DNA of 64,000 bases from an uncultured Gammaproteobacteria bacterium (GCA_964413735.1 CAYPSS010000003.1:106626-170625); one strand, 5' to 3'. Shown: positions 10,475 to 25,123, counted from the stretch's first letter. The notes: a model not told the origin generated them from the sequence alone. Made by a program: numbers and translations.

Positions 10475-10573
10475 ATGGATTGGCTCTTGCGACGCGAAAA
10501 TTGGAAATGGGGTGCTTTGATTCTGGTGGTCATTCATTTGCTGGTGTTTCTGGGAGTCGGTTTCTCGGTTTAA
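10475..10573 (+). CDS. 32-aa single-TM micro-protein (MDWLLRRENWKWGALILVVIHLLVFLGVGFSV)
   Basis: Own promoter, SD GGAGGTG 7 nt upstream, hydrophobic helix, immediately followed by a terminator. Below the 60-aa ORF-track threshold. Confidence 0.4.
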   Translation: MDWLLRRENWKWGALILVVIHLLVFLGVGFSV

Positions 10574-10583
10574 TTGTTTTGAT

Positions 10584-10607
10584 AAATCTCGTAAAACGAG
10601 ATTTTTT
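10584..10607 (+). terminator. Rho-independent terminator
   Basis: aaatctcg-taaaa-cgagattt stem-loop followed by tttttt. Confidence 0.6.
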
Positions 10608-10639
10608 CGTTAAATTAGATAAATTATATTGAGATAAAC

Positions 10640-10667
10640 TTGACAAATTTAGTGGATTTGCTATAAT
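10640..10667 (+). promoter_or_regulatory. Sigma70-like promoter (TTGACA-16-TGcTATAAT) for GC-rich ORF
   Basis: Consensus -35 and extended -10. Only about 8 nt of leader before ATG 10682, with no SD. Confidence 0.45.
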
Positions 10668-10681
10668 GCGTTTGCTGCAAA

Positions 10682-10990
10682 ATGGCAGTCGTTCTTCTCT
10701 TTCAGGAGGTTTCTGTGGAAGGCGTGGCCAGTGTTCCGGTTGTTCAGGGTGAGGTTCCGGCGCCGACCGAGGCTCCTCTGCCGCAGTTGTCGGTGGATCA
10801 GGAGATTCAGATTCGGAATGTCCTACGCGACATCCTCGAGCGCTGCGAGCGCCCGAGCGACGTCAAGCGTGCGGTCATCCGGCGGCTCGGCGGGAAGTAC
10901 ACTTTCCCGGCGCCGACGGTGATCTGCCGTAAGTCACAGCGACTGGTGGCGATCAAGATCGGCGACCAGGAGATCAGCGTCGAATTGTAA
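10682..10990 (+). CDS. GC-rich 102-aa hypothetical protein with foreign-like codon usage (possible DEK-C-like helical domain)
   Basis: Very GC-rich compared with flanks. Strong GC3 periodicity (GAC ATC CTC GAG CGC TGC GAG CGC CCG AGC GAC GTC AAG). The other two frames give Arg-rich junk. Motif EIQIRNVLRDILE...SDVKRAVIRRLGGKY. Flanked by promoter and terminator. Confidence 0.5.
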   Translation: MAVVLLFQEVSVEGVASVPVVQGEVPAPTEAPLPQLSVDQEIQIRNVLRDILERCERPSDVKRAVIRRLGGKYTFPAPTVICRKSQRLVAIKIGDQEISVEL

Positions 10991-10997
10991 TCTTGAT

Positions 10998-11022
10998 AGC
11001 AGATCAAATGATCTGCTTTTTT
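10998..11022 (+). terminator. Rho-independent terminator
   Basis: agcagatca-aa-tgatctgct perfect stem followed by tttttt. Confidence 0.65.
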
Positions 11023-11057
11023 GTTTGATTGATGTTTTTCACGTTTTATTTTTTAAT

Positions 11058-11370
11058 ACTTGTCCCACTTGTTTTGCTTATTACTTTCTTGCTTACAGCT
11101 TTCTTTATTCTACAGCTCAGACTCTGAAACAAGTTCAGAGTGAGAATATGGTTTTTATTTTTATTCCCTCATTTCCTAATTCTTAATCCCTTTTAATACT
11201 CGTTTCACTCGTATTACTTGTCCCACTTGTTTTGCTTATTACTTTCTTGCTTGCCGCTTTCTTGATTCAACAGCTCAGACTCTGAAACAAGTTCAGAGTG
11301 AGAAGATAACTTGTTTTACTTGTCTTGCTTATCACTTTCTTGCTTACTACTTACTTGTTGTCTGCTTCGA
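11058..11370 (+). repeat. Direct repeat array: two approximately 88-bp copies (11058-11145, 11216-11303; about 84/88 identical) plus a degenerate third copy, each containing a hairpin
   Basis: The copies begin acttgtcccacttgttttgcttattactttcttgctt and end cagctcagactctgaaacaagttcagagtgaga. Inner inverted repeat actctgaa/ttcagagt with loop acaag. Period about 158 bp. No ORF. Confidence 0.7.
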
Positions 11371-11483
11371 CTTGCTTCGCCCGCATAGCGAGGCGAGCGC
11401 TGCTCAGCATGACAACATGATTGACGAATTGTTTTTTTTATGATAATTATTGGTTGGGAATTCTTCAAAAAAGGAGAGCGAAA

Positions 11484-11966
11484 ATGCGAGAAAATTTGAC
11501 TTTGATTATTGTAATTGTCGCAATTATTACCGCTTTCTTAACGCTGGCAGTACAGATTTTTTACGCGTGGTTACAACGAAAAGGTTTTTTACAAAAAGTT
11601 CGTTCGTTTGTTTATCAATCAAGTAATTCTTTTGCAGTTACATTGCCGGATATTTCTTGGTTGCAAATAACTTTGCGTTGGTATTTTGATGCGAAGTTTG
11701 TTTTAACGGAAACGGAAAGGGGACATTATAATAATTTGTTTTATCGGGCGATTGAAAAAGTTATTGTGCAAAATGAATGTTCAACAGATTTTTATCAATC
11801 AGAAGAATTTGTACTTTTATTGGTTAAGGCTTTGCAGGAATTGATAATTGATTCAACGAAAAAAAAATCTGTCTTTCAATTGGAAGTTACTTTGGAAAAA
11901 AACTGTCCAAGAATCCAGAGTGTAAGTTTGCGTCGAGTACTGTCCCCGGAAGATTTTGTGAATTGA
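11484..11966 (+). CDS. Hypothetical membrane-anchored protein
   Basis: SD aaggagag 6 nt before ATG 11484. N-terminal TM (LTLIIVIVAIITAFLTLAVQIFYAWL). No family recognised. Confidence 0.5.
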   Translation: MRENLTLIIVIVAIITAFLTLAVQIFYAWLQRKGFLQKVRSFVYQSSNSFAVTLPDISWLQITLRWYFDAKFVLTETERGHYNNLFYRAIEKVIVQNECSTDFYQSEEFVLLLVKALQELIIDSTKKKSVFQLEVTLEKNCPRIQSVSLRRVLSPEDFVN

Positions 11967-12035
11967 ATTTTGAGGAAGTTAATAACTTCCTTTTTTTATT
12001 TTATCTTGAATGATGATATGTTATAATATACCAAT

Positions 12036-12836
12036 ATGATTGGAGTTTTTGATTCGGGATTGGGCGGTTTAACAATTCTCAAAGAATTAAGAAAAACTTT
12101 GCCTCAATACGATTATTTATATTTAGGTGATACTTTGCATTTGCCTTATGGCAATCGTAGTCAGGAAGCGATTTATCAGTTGACGGTCAAGGCCTGTGAT
12201 TTTTTGTTTGCGCAAGGGGTGAAGTTAATTATTATTGCTTGTAACACGGCCAGTGCCAAAGCCTTGCCACGCTTGCAACAAGAATATTTATTGCAACGAA
12301 AAAGCAAAACAGAAAACATCTTGGGCGTGGTTCGACCGGTCGCCGAATATTTTGCTCAGCATTATCAAAGGATTGGGGTAATTGGAACGCGCGGGACAAT
12401 AGATTCTTTGGTTTATGAAAAGGAAATCAAACAATTGAATAAAAAAGCAAAAATTTATCAAGTGGCTACTCCTCTTTTGGTGCCGTTAATTGAAGAGGGT
12501 TGGGGGAATAGTCCGGAAATGGAAGGTGTTTTACGAAAGTATTTAAAAGTGTTAAAATCTAAAAAATTGGAAGGTTTAATTTTGGGTTGCACCCATTATC
12601 CTTTGGTTATTAGGCAAATCCAAAAACAACTCGGACAAAATTGTGTGATTCCGCATCCGGGTAAAATCGTGTCTTGGAAATTACAGGAATATTTAAAGCG
12701 TCATCTTGAATTGGAAAAAACCATTTCACGACAAGGGAAATGTCAGTATTGTGTGACTGATCTAACGGATAATTTTCGTGAAATTGCACAAAAATTTTTG
12801 AAAAATAAAATAATAATTAATCAAGTGGAATATTAA
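12036..12836 (+). CDS. murI: Glutamate racemase
   Basis: DSGLGG N-terminus, catalytic-Cys motifs ACNTAS and GCTHYP. Confidence 0.85.
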   Translation: MIGVFDSGLGGLTILKELRKTLPQYDYLYLGDTLHLPYGNRSQEAIYQLTVKACDFLFAQGVKLIIIACNTASAKALPRLQQEYLLQRKSKTENILGVVRPVAEYFAQHYQRIGVIGTRGTIDSLVYEKEIKQLNKKAKIYQVATPLLVPLIEEGWGNSPEMEGVLRKYLKVLKSKKLEGLILGCTHYPLVIRQIQKQLGQNCVIPHPGKIVSWKLQEYLKRHLELEKTISRQGKCQYCVTDLTDNFREIAQKFLKNKIIINQVEY

Positions 12837-12838
12837 AT

Positions 12839-13984
12839 ATGATTTTAACGATTGTGGTATTTGTGGCCGTGTTAGCGTTGTTGATTTTTGTTCATGAAAT
12901 CGGACATTATACAACAGCAAAAATTTTTAAAGTTAAGGCTGAAGAATTTGGCTTTGGTTTACCACCTCGACTTTTCGGTTGGACGAAAAAAAACGGCAAA
13001 AGAAAATTTTTCTGGGGTAACAAAGAAGTGGAAAAACTGGAATCTGAAGATACGGTTTGGTCAATCAATTGGTTACCACTCGGTGGTTTTGTAAAGATCA
13101 AAGGAGAGGATGGTGAAAATCGTGAAGCGGACAGTTTTGCTTTGCAAAAAGCGTGGAAACGAACCATTATTTTAGCATCCGGGGTTTTTATGAATTTGGT
13201 TTTGGCGGTGGTGTTGTTATCAGCGGTTTTGATGATCGGTGCGCCTCAGGTGATTGATAATGAAAACCAATCGGCGCAAGATGCGAAAATTCAAATTTTG
13301 CAAGTATTGCCTGATTCTCCTGCGGCCTTGGCCGGTTTGAAAACCGGTGACGTAATTTTAAAAGTTGATGATTTTAATCCAGCTGAAACTTCACAAGTAG
13401 CTGATTATGTAGCTGATAAAAGTGATCAGACAGTTAATTTGACGATTGATCGTTATGGTGAAGAGTTATCATTGTCATTAATACCGAAAATAAATGCTGA
13501 CCTCGGACAAGCGCAAATGGGGGTGTCTTTGATTAAGGCGGGAATTGTTTCTTATCCGTGGTATGAAGCGATTTGGCGTGGTTTGAAATGGACAATTTCC
13601 ATGACCGGGATGATTTTGGTGGCTTTTTATCAAGTGATTAAAAATTTGATTGTTGGTTTGCCGGCCGGAATTGAAGTGGCCGGTCCGATCGGAATTGCGG
13701 CCATTACCGGGCAAGCGGCTCGTATGGGATTGGTTTATGTAATGCAGTTTGCAGCTATGTTATCAATTAATTTGGCGATTATTAATATTTTGCCTTTTCC
13801 GGCACTTGATGGCGGGCGAATTTTGTTTATTATTATTGAGAAAATTCGTCGTCGCCCGGTTAGTCAAAAAATTGAAAGTATAATCCATGCTGTTGGTTTT
13901 ACGGTGTTGATCGGTTTAATGCTTTTTGTTACCGGACGAGATATTTTCAATGTCAGTGATTTGATGAAAAATTTATTTGGTTAA
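12839..13984 (+). CDS. rseP: RIP zinc metalloprotease (site-2 protease) RseP
   Basis: HEIGHY (HExxH) in the first TM helix, PDZ segment (LAGLKTGDVILKVDD), LDGG motif near the C-terminus. Confidence 0.85.
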   Translation: MILTIVVFVAVLALLIFVHEIGHYTTAKIFKVKAEEFGFGLPPRLFGWTKKNGKRKFFWGNKEVEKLESEDTVWSINWLPLGGFVKIKGEDGENREADSFALQKAWKRTIILASGVFMNLVLAVVLLSAVLMIGAPQVIDNENQSAQDAKIQILQVLPDSPAALAGLKTGDVILKVDDFNPAETSQVADYVADKSDQTVNLTIDRYGEELSLSLIPKINADLGQAQMGVSLIKAGIVSYPWYEAIWRGLKWTISMTGMILVAFYQVIKNLIVGLPAGIEVAGPIGIAAITGQAARMGLVYVMQFAAMLSINLAIINILPFPALDGGRILFIIIEKIRRRPVSQKIESIIHAVGFTVLIGLMLFVTGRDIFNVSDLMKNLFG

Positions 13985-13987
13985 AAT

Positions 13988-14725
13988 ATGAAAACCAAGA
14001 AACAATATAATAAAACTTTAATCGTGGGAATTTTGTTAATCGTATTTATTGCGGTTTTTTCCGCGGTAATGGTTTTTTTGTTGTTTGTGAATAACAGTTT
14101 GCAGAAAATGCAGTCTGACGTTTACAATGTGAAACAAGCGGTGGCGGTGCAACAGAAAAATAACTGGCAAGTAATGCAAGAACAGCTCCAAACCGTAATT
14201 TCCAATACCCAAGAAAAATCAGCCTCTGCCGGTTTTCATTATGTTAATGATAGTTGGGGGTTGGCGTTTGATTTTCCTTTGGAACAAGGACAAAAATTTC
14301 AATTGCGAGAAATTGATAATATGGTAATGTTTGGTGTGGCGGATAGTGTTAATGATCAAGATTTTCCGCGTTTTACCGTCCGTTACTTACCGCAAACCAC
14401 GATTGAGGATTATCAAGATCAAGTGCGTTTTCAGGGAGAGGAGTGTTTAGCCGGTGAAAAATGTTTAATGTTTGATTTTGCTTTCGAATCATTGGATAAA
14501 GATCGTAAATCGGCTTTGAATAAAATTTTTGAAAAAGATCAGGTAAATGATTTGAATTTTTGGAAGGTTTTATTGAATCAAGATTGTGTGACACCGATTC
14601 TTTTGATTTATAATGAAAATAATCAAGCGTTGATTGAGTTTCAAGAAAATTGTTTGTCCGGTAGCGAAGCGGGGTTTGAATCATTGATGGGAATAGTTCG
14701 TAGCCTTTCTTTTGTGAAAAAATAA
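13988..14725 (+). CDS. Hypothetical N-terminally anchored protein
   Basis: Single N-terminal TM helix then a soluble domain. Translationally close-packed after rseP. Confidence 0.45.
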   Translation: MKTKKQYNKTLIVGILLIVFIAVFSAVMVFLLFVNNSLQKMQSDVYNVKQAVAVQQKNNWQVMQEQLQTVISNTQEKSASAGFHYVNDSWGLAFDFPLEQGQKFQLREIDNMVMFGVADSVNDQDFPRFTVRYLPQTTIEDYQDQVRFQGEECLAGEKCLMFDFAFESLDKDRKSALNKIFEKDQVNDLNFWKVLLNQDCVTPILLIYNENNQALIEFQENCLSGSEAGFESLMGIVRSLSFVKK

Positions 14726-14774
14726 AATGTGATACAATTTAGCTGATAGGGGGATTTTTTTATTAAACAAAAAT

Positions 14775-15071
14775 ATGAATAAAAAACAAACGGACAAAGT
14801 AACGGAGAAAATGAGCATCAAAGAAAAACAATTAAAAAATGAGTTGTCGCATTTCCGTCGATTGAATATGATGATTTTCGGTTTACTTGTAATAGTGATT
14901 TTATCTTTTGGTGCTTTGTTTTCCATGATGTATCTGGAAGTAAGAATGATGTGTTTGCAACTGCAAAATGTTTATGATTCACTGATCGTGGAAATCAATC
15001 AAGTAGATGACTTCCTGGCTCCGGATTTAATTGGTCTGCCGGAAAGTTTTGAGGAAGTTTCTACCGAGTAA
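14775..15071 (+). CDS. Small hypothetical membrane protein
   Basis: 98-aa ORF with one central TM helix (MMIFGLLVIVILSFGALFSMMYL). Confidence 0.35.
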   Translation: MNKKQTDKVTEKMSIKEKQLKNELSHFRRLNMMIFGLLVIVILSFGALFSMMYLEVRMMCLQLQNVYDSLIVEINQVDDFLAPDLIGLPESFEEVSTE

Positions 15072-15121
15072 TTTGTAAAACGGTTGATAAGTTTATTTTT
15101 GCTGTTTTTTTAGTCAAAACA

Positions 15122-15143
15122 ATCCCCAGTTGCGGGGATTTTT
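15122..15143 (+). terminator. Rho-independent terminator
   Basis: atcccc-agttgc-ggggat followed by tttt. Confidence 0.55.
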
Positions 15144-15257
15144 CGTTTGGGGAAAATAGGAAAATTTGTTATAATTAAATTGAAATAATTCGAATAATAG
15201 AGCCTAAGCGATTTCTCAGATAATCGTTTGTGTGTTGATATTATTCTTTAAGTTTAT

Positions 15258-16256
15258 ATGAAAAAAGTGGCGATCAATGGTTTTGGCCGAATCGGTCGAG
15301 CCAGTTTGAAAATTATTTTGGATAAACACAAAAATTTTGAGGTGGTGGCGATTAATGATTTGGGTGATTTGAATAATTTAGCTTATTTATTGCGGTTTGA
15401 TACGGCTCAAGGTCGTTATAACAAAAAAGTAAGTGTCAGCGGATCAAATTTAATTGTCGGAACAAAAAAAATTCCTTTTTTCAGTGAAAAAGAACCGGAA
15501 AAATTACCGTGGAAAAAATTAAAAGTAGATGTGGTGTTGGAATGTACCGGTGTCTTTACCAAAAAAGAAGATGCTTCAAAGCATCTTAGAGCCGGTGCTA
15601 AACAGGTAATAATATCGGCGCCATCAAAAAGTGAAGGGGTGATTACCGTGGTACGTGGGGTTAATGAAAAATTAGCCAAAGGTCAAAAAGTGATTGCCAA
15701 TGCCAGTTGTACTACCAATTGTACCGCACCCGTCATGTCGGTCCTGGATCAAGCGTTTGGCGTGGAAAAAGCTTTGTTAACCACTATTCATGCGGTGACT
15801 GCCAGTCAAAGAACGGTTGATTTGCCGGTAGCCAAGGATTGGCGTGAAGGTCGTTCGGTGATTGGAAATATGATTCCCACTAGTACCGGGGCAGCCAAAG
15901 CCACTGCTTTGACTTTACCTCAATTGTCAGAGAAATTTGATGGTGTATCAGTGAGAGTGCCGGTGGTTTGTGGATCGTTGATTGATGTGGTGGCGTTATT
16001 GAAAAAAAATGTGACAGTTGAACAAGTTAATGAAGCATTTAAAAAATTTGCAAAAAAGCCTCAATTTAAAAATTTATTGGAGGTATCCGAACATGATGAA
16101 TTGGTTTCCAGCGATATTGTTAATACCACCGCTTCGGCAATCGTGGATTTGGCTTTTACTCGAGTGGTTGATGGTAATTTGGTTAAGGTTATGGCCTGGT
16201 ATGATAATGAATGGGGTTATTCCAATCGCTTAGTGGAAATGATTGCTTATATTTAA
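15258..16256 (+). CDS. gap: Glyceraldehyde-3-phosphate dehydrogenase
   Basis: NGFGRIGR Rossmann N-terminus, active-site ASCTTNC, WYDNEWGYS C-terminus. Confidence 0.9.
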   Translation: MKKVAINGFGRIGRASLKIILDKHKNFEVVAINDLGDLNNLAYLLRFDTAQGRYNKKVSVSGSNLIVGTKKIPFFSEKEPEKLPWKKLKVDVVLECTGVFTKKEDASKHLRAGAKQVIISAPSKSEGVITVVRGVNEKLAKGQKVIANASCTTNCTAPVMSVLDQAFGVEKALLTTIHAVTASQRTVDLPVAKDWREGRSVIGNMIPTSTGAAKATALTLPQLSEKFDGVSVRVPVVCGSLIDVVALLKKNVTVEQVNEAFKKFAKKPQFKNLLEVSEHDELVSSDIVNTTASAIVDLAFTRVVDGNLVKVMAWYDNEWGYSNRLVEMIAYI

Positions 16257-17049
16257 TATGTGGTTATTGTATTTTGGTACGGCATTTTTGGGTTTGATCA
16301 TCGGAAGTTTTTTGAATGTGTTGATTGTGCGTTTGCCGGAAAAACAAACCTGGTGGGGAAAAGCGCGTTCTATTTGTTGGCGCTGTTTGAAAGTTTTGCC
16401 TTTACCTGATTTGGTTCCTGTTTTGAGTTTCCTGCGATTAAAGGGAAAATGTCGTTTTTGTCATACTAAAATATCTTGGCAATATCCGTTGGTTGAACTG
16501 GCCACCATGATTTTGTTTGTTTTGGCTTTATGGCAAAATAATTTGATTGATTATCATGACTATTTCAAATTAGTGGCTGATTGGTTGTTTTTGTCAATTT
16601 TATTGGTGGTTTTTGTTATTGATTTAAAACATTTGCTGATTATTGATCGGATGATTTATGTGGTAATGCCAATAGTTTTTTTCTTTAATTGGTATTTATC
16701 CGGATGGAGCTGGTGGGCAGTCGGGGATATGCTTTTGGCCGGTATGATTGGCTTTTTGTTTTATTGGTTACAATATTTTATTTCAAAAGGAAGATGGGTT
16801 GGGGATGGTGATATGCGTTTGGCTGCCTTACTCGGGTTGATGCTGGGAACTTCAGGTTTGTGGATTACGCTTTTGGGCGCGTATGTTTTGGGTGGATTGA
16901 TCGCTATCATTTTATTGTTAACCGGTAAAAGCAAATGGGGAGCGCAGTTGCCTATGGGTGCGTTTCTTACTCCTCTGGCGGCTGCCATGGTACTTTATGG
17001 AAATGAAGTTTGGAATTTTTATTGGAATTTAATGTATAAATTTTTATGA
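16243..17049 (+). CDS. pilD: Type IV prepilin peptidase (A24 family)
   Basis: N-terminal CxxC...CxxC zinc motif (CWRC...CRFC), polytopic membrane topology, catalytic GDGDMRL box. Confidence 0.8.
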   Translation: MLIFNMWLLYFGTAFLGLIIGSFLNVLIVRLPEKQTWWGKARSICWRCLKVLPLPDLVPVLSFLRLKGKCRFCHTKISWQYPLVELATMILFVLALWQNNLIDYHDYFKLVADWLFLSILLVVFVIDLKHLLIIDRMIYVVMPIVFFFNWYLSGWSWWAVGDMLLAGMIGFLFYWLQYFISKGRWVGDGDMRLAALLGLMLGTSGLWITLLGAYVLGGLIAIILLLTGKSKWGAQLPMGAFLTPLAAAMVLYGNEVWNFYWNLMYKFL

Positions 17050-17570
17050 AAAAATATTTAGCCAAATATTTTAAAACCGATTATTTATTAATGGGCGTCA
17101 TTATTTTATTGATTTTATTTTTGGCAATCGGCGCTTTTAATCGTTATCAATCGCAAAATGAGTTGAAAAATTTAATTGATAAAATTAAAGCGGTTTATAT
17201 GGAAGCGCAACAATTGGCATTACGGGCGGAAAAGTTTCAAGGCCAAGATATTTATTCTTATGGGGTATATTTTGATGAAATTAAAAACTCTTTGGTTATT
17301 TGCGCGGATTTAAATGGTGATTTGGCGTGTGATTTTAATGAGCGTTATCAAGAGTCTTTGTTGATTGATCAAGATAAATTTGCCATTTCCGAAGTGGTGC
17401 CGGTTAATTATTTGCGCTTTCAGAAAATTGATGGGGTATGTTTTGCTGATATGTGTGAATTGACTGGTGATCAAGCGGTAATGAAAATTACTTTTGCCAA
17501 TCCATTCCATTACGCGGAAGTGGCCATTGATACCAAATCAGGGGAACCAAAATCATATATTTATGAATAA
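17046..17570 (+). CDS. Hypothetical protein with N-terminal hydrophobic segment (possible non-canonical pilin-like substrate)
   Basis: Basic N-terminus then a about 20-aa hydrophobic helix. Overlaps the pilD stop (ATGA). No canonical G|FTLIE cleavage motif. Confidence 0.45.
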   Translation: MKKYLAKYFKTDYLLMGVIILLILFLAIGAFNRYQSQNELKNLIDKIKAVYMEAQQLALRAEKFQGQDIYSYGVYFDEIKNSLVICADLNGDLACDFNERYQESLLIDQDKFAISEVVPVNYLRFQKIDGVCFADMCELTGDQAVMKITFANPFHYAEVAIDTKSGEPKSYIYE

Positions 17571-18090
17571 TAGAGAAATGAGAAAAATTGATTGGGTCTT
17601 AGTTCGTCGGATTGGTTTATTGTTTTTGTTGCTTGTCATGGTGATTTTAGTGTATTTTTATTATCGAGAACGATCATTGTTAAATGTGGAAATTGTGCGT
17701 TTAAATAATAAAATTAATGAATTAAAATCCATGTCTTATTTGGCAGTAGATGATTCGGGGAATGAAGCATATGGAATGAATTTGATTTCTGATGACGGGA
17801 ATTTCGGTTATCGCTCATATCAAGATCAAAATAATAATTGTGTGTTTGATGAGGTAGATATAATTTTGAATAATTATGAATTACCGGAAAATATTGAAAT
17901 ATTTCGCTCCAGTTTTGGTAATGATATTTGTTGGCGCAATTATTTGGGAATAAATGAAATTTGTACCGAGCAGTTTGGTTGTGACCCGGCTGCGTCAATT
18001 ACTTATCAAATTATTTTGATTGATAAAAAAATTAATTTGGAAAAAATTGTAAGGATTAAGCGTGATATGGGAATTTTACATTTAAAATAA
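17563..18090 (+). CDS. Hypothetical N-terminally anchored protein
   Basis: ATG 17563 overlaps the previous stop (ATGAATAA). N-terminal TM (IGLLFLLLVMVILVYFYY). Confidence 0.45.
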   Translation: MNNREMRKIDWVLVRRIGLLFLLLVMVILVYFYYRERSLLNVEIVRLNNKINELKSMSYLAVDDSGNEAYGMNLISDDGNFGYRSYQDQNNNCVFDEVDIILNNYELPENIEIFRSSFGNDICWRNYLGINEICTEQFGCDPAASITYQIILIDKKINLEKIVRIKRDMGILHLK

Positions 18091-18102
18091 AAATTAAAAA
18101 TT

Positions 18103-18981
18103 ATGACTTGGTATTTATATGTTCTTCTGGCGATTGTCGGTTGGACGCTGGCTAATGTTTTGGATAATTATGTGATTGATACGGAAGTTAAGAGTGTGCG
18201 TTTTGTTAGTGCGGTTTTTAATATTTTCATGTTTGGGATTTTCTTGATTTTAGCTCCATTGGTGGTGAATGTTTGGGTACCCTGGGAAATAATTTTGTGG
18301 TCCATGGTTGCCGGATTGGTTTATACGGCGGGGATATATTTGTATTATTTGGTGATGCAAAAGGAAGATGTGACCGCTTTTGCGCCAATCTTGGCTACCG
18401 AACCAATTTTTGTTTCCGTAATATCCTTTTTCCTGTTTCAACAAAAATTACTTTTGATTCAATATTTGGGGATTGCTGTTGTTTTGATCGGAGTGTATAT
18501 AATTTCTCATCAAAAAAATTTTTACAAAAAACTCAGCCCACGAATAGTGGCATTGTCGGTATTGTCGGTTTTTATGTTTGCTTCGCGAAATTTAATTTTT
18601 GAATATACTACGATTGATTTTCATGTTTTGGTATCCATGTTTTGGATGAGCGTGGTGGGAATGATTGTTTCATTGATCAAAATAATGTCCTTGAAAAATA
18701 ATTGGCCGAAAATTACCGGACGACCATATCGTCATTTATTTGTTAGCGCTGTCCTTTCCGGTTTAGCCTTACTCGCTTTTATTGAAGCAATTGCTATTGG
18801 GAAGGTCGCGGCGGTGTCGGCTCTTGGAGCGATTAAACCTATGGCCGTATTTTTGATTGTTTTTACTTTAAGTAAATTAAAATTCAAGTTGGTTAATGAT
18901 CGGTTTGATCGGGCCACATTACCAAAAAAAATATTTGCCACCGGATTAATTGTAATTGGGGGAGTTTTGGTGGTGATTTAA
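18103..18981 (+). CDS. Polytopic membrane protein, DMT/EamA-like transporter fold
   Basis: About 10 predicted TM helices in two similar halves. 292 aa. Confidence 0.5.
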   Translation: MTWYLYVLLAIVGWTLANVLDNYVIDTEVKSVRFVSAVFNIFMFGIFLILAPLVVNVWVPWEIILWSMVAGLVYTAGIYLYYLVMQKEDVTAFAPILATEPIFVSVISFFLFQQKLLLIQYLGIAVVLIGVYIISHQKNFYKKLSPRIVALSVLSVFMFASRNLIFEYTTIDFHVLVSMFWMSVVGMIVSLIKIMSLKNNWPKITGRPYRHLFVSAVLSGLALLAFIEAIAIGKVAAVSALGAIKPMAVFLIVFTLSKLKFKLVNDRFDRATLPKKIFATGLIVIGGVLVVI

Positions 18982-18985
18982 TCAT

Positions 18986-24790
<5,805 letters not shown>

Positions 24791-24796
24791 AAAAAT

Positions 24797-25102
24797 ATGA
24801 ATTTTAATTTTCCTTATCAAAATCATAAACCCCAAGATTTAATTCGTCTTTGCGGTTATGGTGAGATTTATAATTCCAAAACCAATGAACGGAGCTATCA
24901 ACGAGCTTTGGCGCGAGCCGGTTATCCGCGCTTCCATGTCTATCTGAAGGAATATGATAATTATTTTCAAGTTAGTTTGCATTTGGATCAAAAAAAACCT
25001 TCTTATGATGGTCATGCGCATGCTGGAGAATATGAAGGGGAATTGGTGGAAAATGAAGCCAGACGTATTACCGCTCAAATCGCGGAGATATATGGGATGT
25101 AG
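24797..25102 (+). CDS. Small hypothetical protein
   Basis: 101-aa ORF 6 nt after the upstream stop. No family recognised. Confidence 0.4.
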   Translation: MNFNFPYQNHKPQDLIRLCGYGEIYNSKTNERSYQRALARAGYPRFHVYLKEYDNYFQVSLHLDQKKPSYDGHAHAGEYEGELVENEARRITAQIAEIYGM

Positions 25103-25123
25103 TACGGATTACAGAAAGTATAA

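Noticed and set aside
10731-11007. Alternative-frame ORFs 10731..10922 (+) and 10807..11007 (-) in the GC-rich island
   Set aside because: Arg/Ser-rich nonsense products typical of off-frame readings of GC-rich DNA. Only the 10682..10990 frame shows coding-like codon periodicity.
11058-11370. CRISPR array interpretation of the 88-bp repeats
   Set aside because: The repeat unit is far longer than CRISPR repeats, the spacers are not uniform, no cas genes are nearby, and the copies themselves diverge.
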